Source of the DNA: the human T2T-CHM13v2.0 reference genome, Homo sapiens
Assembly (NCBI RefSeq): GCF_009914755.1
Contig: NC_060930.1
DNA length: 64,000 nt
Strand: one strand, 5' to 3'
Below are positions 60,763-64,000 of the stretch, piece after piece. The notes beneath the pieces are model-generated. The model was not told the DNA's origin. It ran no database searches and was given only the letters and a program-made list of their open reading frames with translations. Position numbers and translations under genes: made by a program. Each line of letters starts with the position of its first letter. The first letter of the stretch is position 1.

Positions 60763-62182
60763 GATTACTGCCCCTATCATGGCTCTAATGACCCATGTGA
60801 GTTTCTGTTTGCCTTTTTTACTTAACACTCTTCACCAACACCAAGTAAACTAAAGCACCTGTTAAAATTTGAATTTGTTAGTAAGCCACTTCTCAATACA
60901 CATGCACACCGTCCACACAAAAGCACACAATTTATGGATGGTGTATTACCCTCTCTTGGAGATAGGCAAAGGACCCCACTTGATCAGCCAAGCTTTTAAC
61001 TTGCAATTAATCAGTAAGGGTAAAAAAAAAAAGAAGCATAAACAAATTCACCAGGATCCCTTTCCCGCACCTGTAAAAAGACATTTATGATACCATAAAG
61101 ATCAAAATGATAAGAGGCCCGGGAAGACCCAGAGGTAGGCTGCCTTGTTATTTACTTTGCAAAGCAGAGGCTTATTTCAGTGCTTCCATGGGAATGGGAG
61201 TCAGCCTTGTGGTAGAACCACCCACCAGTGCAGTAAAGCATGCTTGCCTCACCCTGATTAAGGGAATCCAAAGGAAAATATGGCCATGCATTTTTGTCTT
61301 CAAGAAAGAACCTGGATCCCTGCACTTATGAGCTCTGAGCTGGATGAAGAAACCAAAGGGACATCTATACCAACTATAGCTGCTCCCATTTCACTTCCTC
61401 CCCTTTGACAGCCACTGGGTCTGCTTCCACAAGAAATTTATGGTTTATGCAGCTGCTTTGACAACAGGTTTGGGGCTTCTTTGGTTTCAGCCATCAGCTC
61501 AGCTCCATGCAGCCCTCCTATATCTGCCAGGGCTTAGGAGGTGTGCTACCAGCCACCCCCATCACAGGGGCAGCAGATGTTCTGAGTGAGGGGAGGGGGA
61601 AAATGAATGTGTCTTTCCCCCTCCACCCTTACCATCCAAACAGCATAGAGTGTCAACTCTGACTTTCTACAGGTAAGGTCAGAAATAAGCTGGGAAGATG
61701 GATGTATACCACTCAGTAGCATGGCACAGTGTTCTCCACACATTTGTTTATTCAGTGATACAAATATATAGGAGGGGAAGAGAGGACCAGTCAACTTCCT
61801 TGCCTTAAAAGTAAAGCAAAGCTGTCACTGATGATGTTCAAAACTTCATCTTCAACCAAGTTCCCTCCCACCTCATGATTCAAACCATTTATCATGTATC
61901 CTACTAGATATCATCACAACATGCCTAAACTGAACTCATAATCTACCCTCACAACATTTCTGCCAAATGGACATCTTCCTAAACTTGTTCCTCCCCTCCA
62001 AGCCCCCTACAATAGCCAAGTCTATGAAGTCCTCGTCTTATCTCTCAAACTCAGTTACCTCTCACCTTCCCCACAGCCATTACCCTCACTCTAGCACCTA
62101 ATACCTTTTGCCTGAATTACCATTGCTGTCTCCTAACTGGCCTCACTTCCTCAAATCTTGGAAATCTCTGCATCTAACAGTA

Positions 62183-62785
62183 TGTGACAATACACCCTAA
62201 GGTGACCCCACTGCGCCATGCACTTGTATAACACCCTCCCCTTGAGTATGTGCAGGACCTGTGACTTGTTTTAACTTAAAAAAGAATATGGCAAAGATGG
62301 TGGGCTGTCACTGCCTTGATTACATTGCATTATGTAAGAATCCATCTTAGCCAAAAGAAGTGAGAGATTCTCCTTCTGACTTTGAGGAAGCAAACAGCTA
62401 TCTTGGGAACTGCCTATGGTGAGGGCCATGTGGAACAGAGCTGTGAGCAGCCTGTAGGAAATGAAGGGGGCTGACAGCTGACAGCCACTAAGAAGCCAGG
62501 ACTCCCATCTATATAGCTGCAGGGAAATGAATTCTTAAAAAAAAAAAAAAACACTCATTGAACTTGAACTTGGAAGCAGATTTTTCCCCCAGTCAAGTCT
62601 CAAGTCTCAAGTCTCTGGATGAGAATGCAGACGAGGAGACACTTGACTGAAACCCTGTGAGACTCTGCAGAGGGCCCAGTTACATTGCGTTTGATCAGTC
62701 AGGTAAAAAACTGAGATAGTCATTGTGTGTTGTTTTATGCCAGTAAGTTTGTGATAAATTGTTACTTAGCAATGACAACCAATAA
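62183..62785 (+). mobile_element. MLT1 (F/G-like) MaLR LTR within L2
   Basis: ccctccccttgagtatgtgcaggacctgtgact...cccagtcaag...gatgagaatgcag...gttgttttatgccagtaagtttg. Confidence 0.65.
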
Positions 62786-63569
62786 AAGCCCAATACTTTA
62801 TTCATGTTTAAACTCAAGAAAAAGCAGTTTGATTATTTACTTCTTCAAACCCGTACTCCCTTGACTCCCACGTCCACTCCATTCTTTCTAAATCAGTGAG
62901 TGTTCCTTCTGCAGTGCATGTCCCTTATACCCTGGCACTTCCCAGGGCTCCACTGTTGACCACTTCCCCACTAGCTCTTTGTAGTCTCCTTCGTCAGTGT
63001 CATCTACTCCCTCTGACTCTGCACTGGTAAGTCTCAGATTCAGACCTATCTCCTGAACTGCATAGGGGACAGATCCAGCTAGAGGACTCACAGGCCCCCA
63101 AAATTCAACCTGTCCAAAAGTAAAGCTATCATCCTTTCTGTTAAACTTGTTCTTACTCCTCTTCTCTCCTTATTTTATGGCCAGAACCTAGAATCACCCT
63201 AGACCCTTTCTCCCTTCAAACTGATGCCTTGTCAACCACCAAGACTCAACAGTTTGCCTTCTATTTCTCTATGTCTACTGCATCCCATTCTCTCCATACC
63301 TATCACCTTTGACCTGGGTCAGGTCTTCATCCTCTCTCATGGTGTATATCACAAGGATCTCATAATAGGTCACTCTACTTCAAGTCTTGCCACCCTAAAA
63401 TTCACCCCCTGCATAACTGCCAGAGGGGCTATACAAAACATAATCTGACCACTATTCAAACTATTCAGTGTAGCATCATGTCAAAGATACGCAAGATGCT
63501 CCACAACCTGGCCTTTGCCCATCTCCCCAATCTGAACTTCCATCACTTTACAAAGCCAACTTTAGTAGC

Positions 63570-64000
63570 TTTACTGAAATATAACTAGCATATAATAAGC
63601 TATACTTATTTAAAATGTAACATTTGATACGTTTGGGCATATGTATACATCCATGAAACTATCACCACTATCAAGATAGTAAAAATATCTATCATTCCCA
63701 AAGGCTTACTCATGCCCTTTTGCAATATCTCCCTCCCACCTTCCCCAACTCATCTTCCCAAGCAACCACCCATCTGCTGCCTGTCACTATACATTTATTT
63801 GCATGTTCTAGTTTTAAAATAAATAATTTATCTAGTAATTCTTATTTCTGTCTGGATTATTTCACTCTGCATAGCTATTTTGATATGCATCCATATTGTT
63901 GCATGTATCAGTTAATAGTTAATTCCTTTTATTACTTAGTAGTCTATCATGTGTCTATGTCATAATATGCTTATCCATTCACCTGTTGATAGATAATTGG
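63570..64000 (-). mobile_element. Old L1M 3'UTR fragment, runs off the right edge
   Basis: tttactgaaatataact...caagcaaccacccatctgct...ttatccattcacctgttgatag. Confidence 0.6.

Overview
This is primate (very probably human) genomic DNA, not microbial. Positions 1-32.3 kb hold the 5' end of PKHD1 (fibrocystin/polyductin, the ARPKD gene) on the minus strand. That comprises a CpG-poor promoter with an HNF1 site, non-coding exon 1, and coding exons 2-19. The 18 coding exons have GT-AG boundaries and splice into an open 1836-nt frame (aa 1-612: signal peptide, IPT/TIG repeats, PA14-like domain); the gene continues off the left edge. Positions 32.4-64 kb are upstream intergenic DNA rich in repeats: a full-length, inactive ~6.16-kb L1PA3/PA4-type LINE-1 3.3 kb above the TSS, two 5'-truncated L1s facing head-to-head, Alus, L2, MIR, MaLR LTRs and DNA-transposon relics. 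Most entries in the ORF track are spurious. I see no new protein-coding system. The most notable unexplained signals are: (1) the three neighbouring L1s share non-consensus substitutions, suggesting local gene conversion or inversion toggling; (2) a 22-bp templated insertion in an Alu, copied from 2 kb away; (3) a ~33-bp-arm non-TE fold-back hairpin in intron 8; (4) uORFs and clustered GTGAGT sites in the PKHD1 5'UTR; (5) a G-quadruplex in the 101-nt intron 17; (6) an inverted-Alu layout predicting circRNAs. Exon numbers, subfamily calls and consensus comparisons come from memory, not from a database search.
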